Shown here: positions 11,648 to 23,748 of the stretch, one piece after another
Numbering within the stretch: the stretch's first letter is position 1
Layout: every line of letters begins with the position of its first letter
NCBI GenBank assembly: GCA_046484965.1
Contig: JAWOHV010000198.1
Span: 2,156-66,155, forward strand
Source of the DNA: Prochlorococcaceae cyanobacterium
GTDB lineage: Bacteria > Cyanobacteriota > Cyanobacteriia > PCC-6307 > Cyanobiaceae
Length of the DNA stretch: 64,000 nucleotides
Reading direction: 5' to 3'
The notes under the pieces: model-generated
What the model was told of the DNA's origin: nothing
What the model saw: the letters and a program-made list of their open reading frames with translations, nothing else
Databases searched by the model: none
Position numbers and translations under genes: made by a program

Positions 11648-14035
11648 GTGGTTTCTGCCTCCTTTGAAGCGCCGGACTATGCGGTGAGCGAGGCCCTCAG
11701 GAAGGAGAACCTCAGCCAGGCCGACTACGACGAGATCTGCCACCGCCTGGGCCGCGCCCCCAACCGGGCTGAGCTGGGCATGTTCGGGGTGATGTGGTCG
11801 GAGCACTGCTGCTACCGCAACTCGCGGCCGCTGCTGCAGGGCTTCCCCACCAGCGGCCCGCGCATCCTGGTGGGTCCCGGCGAGAACGCCGGCGTGGTCG
11901 ACCTGGGTGAAGGCCAGCGCCTCGCCTTCAAGATCGAGAGCCACAACCACCCCTCGGCCGTGGAGCCGTTCCAGGGGGCGGCCACGGGCGTGGGCGGCAT
12001 CCTGCGCGACATCTTCACCATGGGCGCCCGGCCGATCGCCCTGCTCAACGCCCTGCGCTTCGGCCCCCTGGAAGACGAGCGCAATGTGGGCCTGATGGAG
12101 GGCGTGGTGGCCGGCATCGCCCACTACGGCAACTGCGTGGGCGTGCCCACCGTGGGCGGTGAGGTGGCTTTCGACCCCAGCTACTCCGGCAACCCGCTGG
12201 TGAATGCCATGGCCCTGGGGCTGATGGAAACCGAGCAGATCGTCTGCTCCGGCGCCGAGGGGGTGGGCTACCCGGTGGTCTATGTGGGCAGCACCACCGG
12301 CCGCGATGGCATGGGCGGCGCCAGTTTTGCGTCAGCCGAACTCACCGAAGCCTCCCTCGACGACCGCCCCGCCGTGCAGGTGGGTGATCCCTTTCTCGAG
12401 AAGGGCCTGATCGAGGCCTGCCTGGAGGCCTTCCAGAGCGGTGATGTGGTGGCCGCCCAGGACATGGGTGCCGCCGGCCTCACCTGCAGCTGCTCGGAGA
12501 TGGCCGCTAAGGGGGGCCTCGGCATCGAGCTCGATCTCGATCGGGTGCCTGCCCGCGAGGCCGGCATGACCGCCTATGAGTTCCTGCTCAGCGAATCCCA
12601 GGAGCGGATGCTGTTCGTGGTGAAGCCCGGCCGCGAGCAGGCCCTGATGGAGCGCTTCACCCGTTGGGGCCTGCAGGCCGCCGTGGTGGGCCGCGTGCTG
12701 GAGGACAACATCGTGCGCGTGCTGCAGCACGGCGCGGTGGCGGCCGAGGTGCCCGCCAGCGCCCTAGCCGACGACACGCCGATCAACCACCACACATTGC
12801 TAAGCGAACCCCCGGCCGAGATCCAGGCCCACTGGCGCTGGAGCGAGGCCCAGCTGCCGGCCGCAACCCCTGCCGGCATCACCCCGGCCGGCGGCACCGC
12901 CACCTCTTGGAACGAGGCCCTGCTGGCTCTGCTCGACGACCCCACCATCGCCTCCAAGCGTTGGGTGTACCGCCAATACGACCACCAGGTGCAGGCCAAC
13001 ACCGTGGTGCCGCCCGGCGGCGCCGATGCGGCCGTGCTGCGGCTGCGGCCCCAGCAGGGCGAGGGCGCCATGGCGGCGGCCACGCGCGGCGTGGCGGCGG
13101 TGGTCGACTGCCCCAACCGTTGGGTGGCCCTCGACCCCGAGCGCGGCGGCATGGCGGCGGTGGCCGAGGCCGCCCGCAACCTCAGCTGCGTCGGCGCCGA
13201 GCCCCTGGCGATCACCGACAACCTCAACTTTCCCTCCCCCGAAACCCCCACCGGCTACTGGCAGCTGGCGATGGCCTGCCGCGGCCTCTCGGTCGCCTGC
13301 AGTGCCCTGGATACGCCGGTGACCGGCGGCAACGTGTCCCTCTACAACGAGACCCGTCTGCCCAACGGCACCATGCAACCGATCCATCCCACGCCGGTGG
13401 TGGGCATGGTGGGCCTGGTGCACAACCTCGAGCACGTGCGCGGCCAGGCCTGGCGTGCGGCCGGCGACGCCATCTGGCTGCTGGGGGTGCCGTTGGAAAC
13501 GGGGGAGGCTCCAGCCGATCCCCGCCTGGGCCTGGCCGGCAGCAGCTACCTGGAGCGGCTGCATGGAGCCGTCACGGGGCGCCCGCCGGAGATTGATCTG
13601 GCGCTGGAGCGCTCCGTTCAGGGCTTCCTGCGCCAGGCGATCGCCCAGGGGCTGGTGGCCTCCTCCCATGACCTCAGCGACGGCGGCCTGGCCGTGGCCG
13701 CGGCCGAGTGCTGCATCGCCACTGGTGCCGCCAAGCCCCTCGGTGCCCGCCTGGAGATCCCTGCAGGCGGTGTCCGCCTGGATCGGTTGCTGTTCGGCGA
13801 GGGTGGCGCCCGCATCCTGGTGAGCGTGGCGCCGGCCCAGTCCGAGGCCTGGCAGCAGGCCCTCGATCGTGCAGCCGTGCCGGCCAATCCCCTGGGGGTG
13901 GTGGAGGCCGATGCCAGGCTTTCGTTCAGCCAGGCTGGCACCGCGCTGCTGGATCTGCCGCTGGCGCAGCTGCGCGATCAGTTCGAGCAGGCCATCCCCC
14001 GGCGCCTCGGGGCGGCTATTCCCCCCACTGCCTGA
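11648..14035 (+). CDS. purL: Phosphoribosylformylglycinamidine synthase subunit PurL
   Basis: 795 aa with [52 protein letters not shown] and [10 protein letters not shown]. The GTG start is uncertain. Confidence 0.95.
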   Translation: MVSASFEAPDYAVSEALRKENLSQADYDEICHRLGRAPNRAELGMFGVMWSEHCCYRNSRPLLQGFPTSGPRILVGPGENAGVVDLGEGQRLAFKIESHNHPSAVEPFQGAATGVGGILRDIFTMGARPIALLNALRFGPLEDERNVGLMEGVVAGIAHYGNCVGVPTVGGEVAFDPSYSGNPLVNAMALGLMETEQIVCSGAEGVGYPVVYVGSTTGRDGMGGASFASAELTEASLDDRPAVQVGDPFLEKGLIEACLEAFQSGDVVAAQDMGAAGLTCSCSEMAAKGGLGIELDLDRVPAREAGMTAYEFLLSESQERMLFVVKPGREQALMERFTRWGLQAAVVGRVLEDNIVRVLQHGAVAAEVPASALADDTPINHHTLLSEPPAEIQAHWRWSEAQLPAATPAGITPAGGTATSWNEALLALLDDPTIASKRWVYRQYDHQVQANTVVPPGGADAAVLRLRPQQGEGAMAAATRGVAAVVDCPNRWVALDPERGGMAAVAEAARNLSCVGAEPLAITDNLNFPSPETPTGYWQLAMACRGLSVACSALDTPVTGGNVSLYNETRLPNGTMQPIHPTPVVGMVGLVHNLEHVRGQAWRAAGDAIWLLGVPLETGEAPADPRLGLAGSSYLERLHGAVTGRPPEIDLALERSVQGFLRQAIAQGLVASSHDLSDGGLAVAAAECCIATGAAKPLGARLEIPAGGVRLDRLLFGEGGARILVSVAPAQSEAWQQALDRAAVPANPLGVVEADARLSFSQAGTALLDLPLAQLRDQFEQAIPRRLGAAIPPTA

Positions 14036-14106
14036 GGGAAGCCTTCAGGCACAATGTGATCATCTGCCGGTCTCCAGCCGGTCGCCGAAGGGAGTCTGTG
14101 GTGGTG

Positions 14107-15561
14107 ATGCAACCCCAGCGTCCCGACAAGCCGGAAGAGGCCTGTGGCGTGTTCGCCGTGCTGGCCGCTGGCCAGCCGGTGGCCAACCTTGCCTATTTCG
14201 GGCTCTACGCCCTGCAGCACCGCGGCCAGGAATCGGCGGGCATTGCCGTCTTTGATGGCCCCAGGCTGCGCCTGCACAAGGACATGGGCCTGGTGAGCCA
14301 GGTGTTTGATCAGGATGTGCTTGAGCGGCTGCCCGGCGATCTGGCCATCGGCCACAACCGCTACTCAACCACCGGCAGCAGCAAGGTCTGCAATGCCCAG
14401 CCGGTGGTGTTGATGACCAGCTCCGGGCCCTTTGCCCTGGCCCATAACGGCAACCTCGTCAATGCTGCCGAGTTGCGCCACGAACTGGCCGAGCTCGCCT
14501 TGGAGCTCACTTCCACCACCGATTCGGAGCTGATCGCCTTCGCCCTGCAGCAGGCCGTCAATGCGGGTCTGTCCTGGCCGGAGGCGATCCGTGAGGCTGC
14601 CGGCCGTTGCAAGGGGGCTTTCAGTTTGGTGATCGGCACCCCTGATGGGCTTTTCGCCCTGCGCGACGGCCATGGCATTCGGCCGCTGGTGTTCGGCCAC
14701 CTCGGTGAGCCCGAGCAGGCCCAGTGGGTGGTGGGTAGTGAAACCTGTGGCCTCGACATCATCGGTGCCCACTTCGTGGATGACGTGCAGCCTGGCGAGC
14801 TGATCCATTTCCAGGCTGGAGACCCCACCCCTCTGCGCAGCCGCTGGTGTGAGCAGCCCACCAAGCTGTGCATCTTTGAAATGATCTACTTCGCCCGGCC
14901 CGATAGCCGCTTCTTCGGCGAATCTCTCTATAGCTATCGGGTGCGGATTGGCGAGGCATTGGCCCGGGAAACACCCGTGCTGGCCGACATCGTGATCGGT
15001 GTTCCAGATTCGGGAATTCCGGCGGCGATTGGCTATTCCCAGTTCAGTGGCATTCCATTTGCCGATGGACTGATCAAGAACCGTTATGTTGGCCGCACCT
15101 TCATTCAGCCCACCCAGGCGATGCGGGAAGCGGGCATTCGGGTGAAGCTCAATCCCCTTCCCGATGTGCTCTCCGGTAAGCGGGTTGTGGTGATCGACGA
15201 TTCGATCGTGCGCGGCACCACCAGCCGCAAGCTGGTGGCTGCCCTGCGGGATGCCGGCGCCACCGAAGTGCACATGCGCATCAGCTCACCGCCGGTGACC
15301 CACCCCTGCTTCTACGGCATCGACACCGACACCCAGGACCAGCTGATCGCCGCCCGCCTCAGCCTGGCTGAGATTGCCGCCCATCTGGGGGTGGATTCGC
15401 TTGCCTATCTGAGCAAGGAGGGGATGGTGGCAGCGGCCCATGCCCATTCCTCCCAGTTCTGCACCGCCTGCTTCGACGGTGCCTATCCGATCGCCATGGA
15501 TGACGATCTGCGCAACAGCAAGCTGATGCTCGAACCCGCTGGCATTGCCGCCACGGTCTGA
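14107..15561 (+). CDS. purF: Amidophosphoribosyltransferase
   Basis: MQPQRPDKPEEACGVFAV (Ntn-hydrolase Cys), HNRYSTTG and the PRPP loop VVVIDDSIVRGTTS. The track ORF (13708..) over-extends upstream across the purL 3' end. Confidence 0.95.
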   Translation: MQPQRPDKPEEACGVFAVLAAGQPVANLAYFGLYALQHRGQESAGIAVFDGPRLRLHKDMGLVSQVFDQDVLERLPGDLAIGHNRYSTTGSSKVCNAQPVVLMTSSGPFALAHNGNLVNAAELRHELAELALELTSTTDSELIAFALQQAVNAGLSWPEAIREAAGRCKGAFSLVIGTPDGLFALRDGHGIRPLVFGHLGEPEQAQWVVGSETCGLDIIGAHFVDDVQPGELIHFQAGDPTPLRSRWCEQPTKLCIFEMIYFARPDSRFFGESLYSYRVRIGEALARETPVLADIVIGVPDSGIPAAIGYSQFSGIPFADGLIKNRYVGRTFIQPTQAMREAGIRVKLNPLPDVLSGKRVVVIDDSIVRGTTSRKLVAALRDAGATEVHMRISSPPVTHPCFYGIDTDTQDQLIAARLSLAEIAAHLGVDSLAYLSKEGMVAAAHAHSSQFCTACFDGAYPIAMDDDLRNSKLMLEPAGIAATV

Positions 15562-15563
15562 AT

Positions 15564-18026
<2,463 letters not shown>

Positions 18027-18094
18027 CAGGACCTGCGTTCTCGTGGCGGAAGGCGCTCAGCCTACAGATGCTGTCCAGGGGCGCCGCAGCCTGA

Positions 18095-18997
18095 TTACTC
18101 CTCCTCTTCCTCGCTAGTGCCGGCATTGGCCTGGGCCCGATCCACCGTTGCCTTCAGTTGGGGAACAAGCAGCAGCTGGCGGGTGGCTTCCCGCATCCGC
18201 ACCCCCCACAATTGCTCTTTCTGGTGCGAATCCAGCACATAGTTGGGTTCGCTCGACAGGGCTGCATCGGCCAGGCTGATCGATTCCGGGTTGCCGGGGT
18301 TCGCCGCATACAACGCCGCCGCCAGGGCCAACTGTGGTTCGGCCGCCGTTGGCTTGATCTTCAGCACCCGGCGCCAGCGGTCGATCGCCTCGGGTCGCCG
18401 CCCCAGCTCGAAGAGCACCAGGGCCTGATTGTTGATCGATTCCCAGAAATCCTTGCGCAGTTGCGCCGCCTTCTCAAACGAGGCGAGCGCTTCGCTGAAG
18501 CGACTCAGCAGGATCTGGGCGTTGCCCAGATCGAAGTAGGCACCGGCATTTTTGCCGTCCAGCCGCAGTCCCTGGCGGAGCAGAATGATCGCTTCCTGGG
18601 GCTGGCTGTTGCGCAGTGCCAGCGATCCTTCGGCAAACCAGATGCCCGGGTTGCGGGGGTCCAGTTGTTTGGCCCTGGCCAACGCCGCGCTGGCGGCCTT
18701 GGTTTGATCGCTGCGTAGCTGGGCTTCGGCCAGCAGCACCCAACTGCGCGGATCGTTGGGCAGCAGCTGCACCGTGAGGCTGGCCAGCCGTGCCGCATCC
18801 TCCGCCTGGCCCAGCCGCAGCAGGCGACTGGCCGCCTGGGCGATTCCCAGGCCGGCCCCCTCCAGTTCCTGGCCCTTGGGCAGGTAGGTGTAGGGAACCA
18901 GGGCGCGCGCCGCCGGGGTGGTGGCTGGTGCCAGATTCAGTCCCAGGCACGCTGCCGCCAGAATCGGCAGCGTGCGGCGGAGCGGGCGGCCGACCAT
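18095..18997 (-). CDS. TPR-repeat protein with signal peptide
   Basis: The likely start is the ATG at 18997 (MVGRPLRRTLPILAAACLGLNLAP...). Repeated A/L/Y-rich 34-aa TPR-like units follow (e.g. AGAYFDLGNAQILLSRFSEALASFEKAAQL). The track ORF extends to 19351 across the queG 3' end. Confidence 0.75.
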   Translation of the reverse strand: MVGRPLRRTLPILAAACLGLNLAPATTPAARALVPYTYLPKGQELEGAGLGIAQAASRLLRLGQAEDAARLASLTVQLLPNDPRSWVLLAEAQLRSDQTKAASAALARAKQLDPRNPGIWFAEGSLALRNSQPQEAIILLRQGLRLDGKNAGAYFDLGNAQILLSRFSEALASFEKAAQLRKDFWESINNQALVLFELGRRPEAIDRWRRVLKIKPTAAEPQLALAAALYAANPGNPESISLADAALSSEPNYVLDSHQKEQLWGVRMREATRQLLLVPQLKATVDRAQANAGTSEEEEE

Positions 18998-19022
18998 CGG
19001 CACCGGGCAGGTTGCATCCAGC

Positions 19023-20072
19023 CTAGGGAGTGTCGGTGCGGCAGGCTTCGAGATTGCGGCGCCACATCCAGGGTTTGATCCGCCGCAGGGCCGAGCCCCG
19101 CAGCCTTTCATCCCAGCTGGCGTCACTCCAGCCGATCGCTTCATCGGGATTGAGGTTGAGCAGCCAGGGCCGTGGCTGCAGGTCGGGATCCTGGCTGCTC
19201 TCCAGCGCTTGCTGGTTCCAGGGGCACACCTCCTGGCAGATGTCGCAGCCCGCCACCCAGGCGCCGAGCTCGGCGCGGATCGCCTGCGGCAGCTGGGGAT
19301 CGCGGTTCTCGATCGTGTGAAAGGCGATGCAGCGGCGTGCATCCACCACAAAGGGCTCCGGCAGAGCGCCGGTGGGGCAGGCCTCCAGGCAGCGGCTACA
19401 GCTGCCGCACAGCTGGCTGGCCGGGGTGTCGGCTGGCAGCTCCAGGTTGGTGAGCAGGTGGCCCAGCAGCAGCCAGGAACCCCTGCGGCGGTTGATCAAG
19501 TTGCCGTTCTTGCCGATCCAGCCCAGGCCGGCCTCCTCGGCCCAGGCCTTGTCCATCAGCGGCGCGCTGTCGACGCAGGCGCGCCAGTGGCAGCCGCTCT
19601 GGCGCCGCTCCAGCCAGCGGCCCAGGTGGCGCAGCCGGCCATCGATGACGCGGTGGTAATCCCGCCCCCAGCCGTAGCGCGCCACCGCCGCCGATCCCGG
19701 CGCCCGCTTGGCGTCCACGTAGTAGTTCAACCCCACCGCCAGCAGGCTGCGCACCCCGGGCAGCAGTTGCTCAACGGCGCGGCGGCGTGGGTCCGCCATC
19801 CAGCCCATCGAGGCCTGGTGACCCGCTGCCAGCCAGCGCTCCAGGGCGGCCGTGCGCAACGGCAGGCGCTCACCGCCTGGAACGGCGGCCAGGCCAACTG
19901 GATCGAAGCCCACTGCCCTGGCTTCGGCTTTCAGTGCCGCCGCCAGGGCAGTGGCGTGGGCAGTGGCGTGGGCAGTGGCGAGGGCAGTGGCGAGGGCAGT
20001 GGCGTCAGCAACCCTGCCGCCCTCAAGGTTGGCCTGGGAAGCTGGTTGGGCAGCGTGGTTTCGGCTGATCAC
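19023..20072 (-). CDS. queG: Epoxyqueuosine reductase
   Basis: RYGWGRDYH and two ferredoxin-type clusters, CGSCSRCLEACPTGAL and CDICQEVCPWN. No ATG lies upstream, so I use the GTG at 20072. The track ORF to 20483 would overlap the divergent gene. Confidence 0.85.
   Translation of the reverse strand: MISRNHAAQPASQANLEGGRVADATALATALATAHATAHATALAAALKAEARAVGFDPVGLAAVPGGERLPLRTAALERWLAAGHQASMGWMADPRRRAVEQLLPGVRSLLAVGLNYYVDAKRAPGSAAVARYGWGRDYHRVIDGRLRHLGRWLERRQSGCHWRACVDSAPLMDKAWAEEAGLGWIGKNGNLINRRRGSWLLLGHLLTNLELPADTPASQLCGSCSRCLEACPTGALPEPFVVDARRCIAFHTIENRDPQLPQAIRAELGAWVAGCDICQEVCPWNQQALESSQDPDLQPRPWLLNLNPDEAIGWSDASWDERLRGSALRRIKPWMWRRNLEACRTDTP
19946..20005. repeat. 5 x 12-bp tandem repeat (ggcagtggcgtg / ggcagtggcgag) inside the queG 5' region
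   Basis: Read directly from the sequence. It encodes ATAL/ATAH tetrapeptide repeats (ATALATALATAHATAHATAL) on the minus strand. Confidence 0.9.
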
Positions 20073-20124
20073 GGGGTGCCTTCGACCGCAGTTCGTACAG
20101 TGGCCCGATTCCCGACATCTTGAC

Positions 20125-20775
20125 GTGGGCGCAGTTTCCTCCCAACGCCTTTCCCAGATCCTGCGCTGGCTCGGCCTCACCCTGGTGGTGCTGCTGGCTT
20201 TGCAGCTGCTGACCCTGGTGATGGTCTGGAACTGGTCGGAGGAGGGCTTCCGGCAGCTGCTGGTGGATCGGCTGGTGACCCAGTCGCCGATGGCCCTGGT
20301 GGGTCTGCTGCTGATGCTGATCACCGACCGGCTGGAGCGGCTCGGACCCGATCGCACCCTGCTGGGCTGGGTGGTTGCGATACTCGCTGCGCTTCTAGCT
20401 CTTGCCCTGCTGGTGGCGGTGCCGGTTTCGATCGGCGGCGACCAGGCCCTCACCACCCAGGCCGACCAAGCCTTGGCGGCCAAGGAAGGTCAGCTGACGA
20501 TGGCCCGCAGCCAGTCTGAGGATCCCCGTCTGGTGGAGCAGTTGATCAATCAGGCCGAAAGCGCCGGTCAGATTCCCGCCACCGCCACCCGCGAGCAGAA
20601 GCAAACCCAGGCCAAGGCTTTTATCGATCGCCAGCTCAAGCAGGCCGAAGATCAGCTGCAGCAGGCCCGCCGCGCCCGCAACCTGGCGGTCAATCAACGT
20701 CGCTTCGGCGGCACCGGTTCGGCGGTTGTGATGGCGGTGGCCTTCGGCTTGCTGGCCCTGGCGGCCCTGCTCTGA
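20125..20775 (+). CDS. Hypothetical membrane protein with a Q/A-rich coiled-coil segment
   Basis: The GTG at 20125 is the first in-frame start outside queG. There are several hydrophobic helices (LGLTLVVLLALQLLTLVMV, ALVGLLLMLI, VVAILAALLALALLVAV, AVVMAVAFGLLALAALL). Confidence 0.55.
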   Translation: MGAVSSQRLSQILRWLGLTLVVLLALQLLTLVMVWNWSEEGFRQLLVDRLVTQSPMALVGLLLMLITDRLERLGPDRTLLGWVVAILAALLALALLVAVPVSIGGDQALTTQADQALAAKEGQLTMARSQSEDPRLVEQLINQAESAGQIPATATREQKQTQAKAFIDRQLKQAEDQLQQARRARNLAVNQRRFGGTGSAVVMAVAFGLLALAALL

Positions 20776-20833
20776 GCCCGGCTGGCCCCTGCCTGAGCGA
20801 CCGGCTGGCCCCTGCCTGAGCGACCGGCTGGCT
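20776..20833. repeat. About 2.5 copies of a 23-bp tandem repeat (ccggctggcccctgcctgagcga)
   Basis: Read directly from the sequence. It starts at the stop codon of the preceding gene and is intergenic. Confidence 0.8.
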
Positions 20834-20877
20834 AAGTTGCCAGTAGAGCTCTATCGGCTGCACGCCCGGGTTGTCCC

Positions 20878-21606
20878 TTGGTTCAATCCAGTACCAAATC
20901 TGATCAACCCCTCGGCGAGAGACTCCAGCAGGATCTCAAGAACGATCTGATTGCGGGTCTGCTCGTGGTCATCCCGCTCGCCACCACGATCTGGCTGGCC
21001 ACCACGGTCAGCAGATTTGTGCTGGCGTTCCTGACCACCATCCCCAAACAGTTCAACCCCTTCAACACCCTCAACCCGTTGTTGCAGGAGCTGATCAACC
21101 TGGGGGTTGGGCTGCTCGTGCCCCTGCTTGGCATCCTGTTGATCGGCTTGATGGCCCGCAACATCGTGGGCCGCTGGCTGCTCGAATTCGGGGAGGGCAC
21201 TTTGTTGCGTATTCCCCTGGCAGGTTCGGTCTACAAGACTCTCAAGCAGCTGCTCGAAACCTTTCTGCAGGGCAGCTCCAACAAGTTCCGCCGCGTGGTG
21301 CTGGTGGAGTATCCCCGCGAAGGTCTCTATGCCCTCGGGTTCGTGACCGGAGTGCTCGGCAAGGCTCTCCAGGCCGGTTTCAACGAGCCGATGCTGAGCG
21401 TGTTCATTCCCACGGCCCCGAATCCCACCACCGGCTGGTACACGGTGGTGCCGGAGAAGGCCGTCAAAGACCTCGACCTCTCGGTGGAGGATGCCTTCCG
21501 CACGATCATCTCCGGTGGGATTGTGAACTCGGACGAACGCGAAGCCCCCTCAAACCGCAGCTTCTCCAGCCTGTTGGCCCAGCTGCGTGCCCCCCAGCTC
21601 TCCTGA
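20878..21606 (+). CDS. DUF502-family membrane protein
   Basis: 242 aa. LKNDLIAGLLVVIPLATTIWL ... IPLAGSVYKTLKQL ... TAPNPTTGWY matches my memory of DUF502. Confidence 0.75.
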   Translation: MVQSSTKSDQPLGERLQQDLKNDLIAGLLVVIPLATTIWLATTVSRFVLAFLTTIPKQFNPFNTLNPLLQELINLGVGLLVPLLGILLIGLMARNIVGRWLLEFGEGTLLRIPLAGSVYKTLKQLLETFLQGSSNKFRRVVLVEYPREGLYALGFVTGVLGKALQAGFNEPMLSVFIPTAPNPTTGWYTVVPEKAVKDLDLSVEDAFRTIISGGIVNSDEREAPSNRSFSSLLAQLRAPQLS

Positions 21607-22241
21607 TGCAGAGTCGCACCCTCTCCAGAGAACTGGCCTTGCTGATGCTGGGCCAGACCAGTGATCGCGGTGGGGCCGAAGCGTCACCTTCGGAAGCCTC
21701 ATTGAAGGTTCTGCTGGAGCAGGCCCAGGCCAGCCTCAGCCAACATGTGCGCGAAGCCCTCGACCAGTCGGCCGCCGATCTTGAGGCCGCCCAGAAGCAC
21801 CTCCTTGACAGCGAGCTGCAGGACAGTGGCGGCCAGCAGCTGCCGCGGGTCCGCCAGCATCTCCACGACGGCATCGGCCATGCCGAACAGGCCCTCAATC
21901 GTCTCTCGGCAAGCCTGGAGCTGCCGCGGCTGCTGCTGCTGGCCGACCAGGAGGAAGTTTGCCGCGGCGCGATTGAGCGCACCCGGGCGGTGTTGCGCCA
22001 GCGCCAGGCCATCGATGCGCGCCTGGATGGCGTGATGGAGGGATGGCGCCTGGGTCGTTTGCCCCGCATCGATCGCGACATCCTGCGGCTGGCGGCGGTG
22101 GATCTCGGCGAGTTCGGTACACCGGCGGCTGTTGCTTGCAACGAGGCGGTGGAACTTGCAAACCGCTACAGCGATGAGCAGGGCCGGCGGATGATCAACG
22201 GGGTTCTGCGGCGGTTCACGGCGGCGGCCTTGGGAGCCTGA
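21606..22241 (+). CDS. nusB: Transcription antitermination factor NusB
   Basis: SRELALLMLGQ, RIDRDILRLAAVDL and NEAVELANRYSDEQGRRMINGVLRR. Its ATG overlaps the preceding TGA (ctgATGc). Confidence 0.9.
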   Translation: MQSRTLSRELALLMLGQTSDRGGAEASPSEASLKVLLEQAQASLSQHVREALDQSAADLEAAQKHLLDSELQDSGGQQLPRVRQHLHDGIGHAEQALNRLSASLELPRLLLLADQEEVCRGAIERTRAVLRQRQAIDARLDGVMEGWRLGRLPRIDRDILRLAAVDLGEFGTPAAVACNEAVELANRYSDEQGRRMINGVLRRFTAAALGA

Positions 22242-22247
22242 GCAGCG

Positions 22248-23726
22248 ATGGTTTTCGATTGGTTTACCCGCCAAGCCGCACCCCGTAGCGAGTCGGCGGA
22301 GCCAGCCGCGTCGGCAGCTTCCGCCGAAGCCGTCCCAGAAGCCGTCCCAGAGGCCGCCCCAGAGGCTGCCCCAGAATTCACCCCTGAAGCCCCAGCTCCA
22401 GAAACCCAAGCTCCTCAGCAGACCCCGGCCGCCGGAATCGACCAGGACGCCCTCGAATGGGCCCGCCAGGCCTATGCGCGCCTCAAGGCCCAGCAGCAGC
22501 AGCTTCCCGTGGAGGCTGCGTCAGAGGCACAGCCCACTCAAGAGGCACAGCCCACTCAAGCGGCACAGCCGTCTCCAGAGCCGGCTCCTGCCAGCAGCCC
22601 GGGGCCTTCCCTGCTCGAGCAGGCCGCCGCCCAGCGGGCCCAGCGCCAGCAGGAGCTCCAGGCTGCTGCCATCGAACCAGCAGCTGCGGCTGCCAATGAT
22701 GCGGAGCCCAGCCTGGGCGAGTTCGACGCCAGCTTCGCCTGGTCGGCCGAGGTGCTGGCCGCCCAGGGTCGCCAGGCTGAGGAGGTGTCGCTCGAGGAGA
22801 TCGACTGGCTCTCGCGGTTGCGCAGCGGTCTGGAGAAAACCCGCAAGGGTTTCGTGGCCCAGCTGCTCGAGCAGCTCGGCGACGACCCGCTCACCCCCGA
22901 GGTGCTCGACAACCTCGAAACCACCCTGTTGCGCGCCGACGTGGGGGTGCGGGCCACCGACCAGGTGCTTGGGGCCCTGCGGCAGCGGCTCAACGAGGAG
23001 GTGGTCGATCCGGCAGAGGGTCTTCGCTTTCTCAAGGAGCAGCTGCGCGGCCTGCTCGAGGAGCCGATCCGCGCCAGCGGCCGCGAGCTGCTGGCCCCCG
23101 AGCGCGATCGGCTCAACGTCTGGCTGCTGGTGGGCGTGAACGGGGTGGGCAAGACGACCACCCTCGGCAAGTTGGCCAACCTGGCGGTGCGCAGCGGCTA
23201 CAGCTGTCTGATCGCAGCTGCCGACACCTTCCGGGCCGCGGCGGTGCAGCAGGTGCAGGTGTGGGGCGAGCGCAGCGGCGTGCCGGTGATCGCCAACCCC
23301 AGCGCCAATGCCGATCCAGCCGCCGTCGTCTACGACGCGATCGGAGCGGCCAAGGCCCAAGCCACCGAGCTGGTTCTGGTGGATACGGCCGGCCGCCTGC
23401 AGACCAAGCACAACCTGATGGAGGAGCTGGCCAAGGTGCGCCGCATCGTCGACAAGCTGGCCCCCGACGCCGTGGTGGAATCGCTGCTGGTGCTTGATGC
23501 CAGCCAGGGCCAGAACGGCCTCAAGCAGGCGATGGCCTTTGCCAGCGCCGCTGGTCTTACAGGTGTGGTGATCACCAAGCTCGATGGCAGCGCCCGTGGC
23601 GGTGTGGCCCTGGCGGTGGCCTCCGAAGCCGGCCTGCCGATCCGCTTCGTGGGGGCCGGTGAAGGCATCCGCGACCTGCGTCCTTTCAACAGCTTTGAGT
23701 TCGTGGAGGCCCTTCTCTCCGTTTGA
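22248..23726 (+). CDS. ftsY: Signal recognition particle receptor FtsY
   Basis: An acidic, Pro/Ala/Glu-rich repeat N-terminus is followed by an NG domain with LLVGVNGVGKTTTLGKLA, DTAGRLQ and TKLDGSARGG. Confidence 0.95.
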   Translation: MVFDWFTRQAAPRSESAEPAASAASAEAVPEAVPEAAPEAAPEFTPEAPAPETQAPQQTPAAGIDQDALEWARQAYARLKAQQQQLPVEAASEAQPTQEAQPTQAAQPSPEPAPASSPGPSLLEQAAAQRAQRQQELQAAAIEPAAAAANDAEPSLGEFDASFAWSAEVLAAQGRQAEEVSLEEIDWLSRLRSGLEKTRKGFVAQLLEQLGDDPLTPEVLDNLETTLLRADVGVRATDQVLGALRQRLNEEVVDPAEGLRFLKEQLRGLLEEPIRASGRELLAPERDRLNVWLLVGVNGVGKTTTLGKLANLAVRSGYSCLIAAADTFRAAAVQQVQVWGERSGVPVIANPSANADPAAVVYDAIGAAKAQATELVLVDTAGRLQTKHNLMEELAKVRRIVDKLAPDAVVESLLVLDASQGQNGLKQAMAFASAAGLTGVVITKLDGSARGGVALAVASEAGLPIRFVGAGEGIRDLRPFNSFEFVEALLSV

Positions 23727-23748
23727 ACGCTGCTACGTTGCGGGTCCT

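Noticed and set aside
18998-19351. N-terminal extension of the TPR-protein ORF (track start at 19351)
   Set aside because: It would overlap the queG coding region on the same strand in another frame. An internal ATG at 18997 gives a clean signal peptide. Similar over-extensions were trimmed for purF, dusA, pdxA, efp, the cyclophilin, the aminotransferase, arsM, queG, thrC and dnaN.
22300-22580. Repeats in the ftsY 5' region: 12-bp units coding EAVPEAVPEAAPEAAPE and 18-bp units coding EAQPTQEAQPTQ
   Set aside because: This is consistent with the acidic, low-complexity A-domain normally found at the FtsY N-terminus. It is not a CRISPR-like or mobile repeat.
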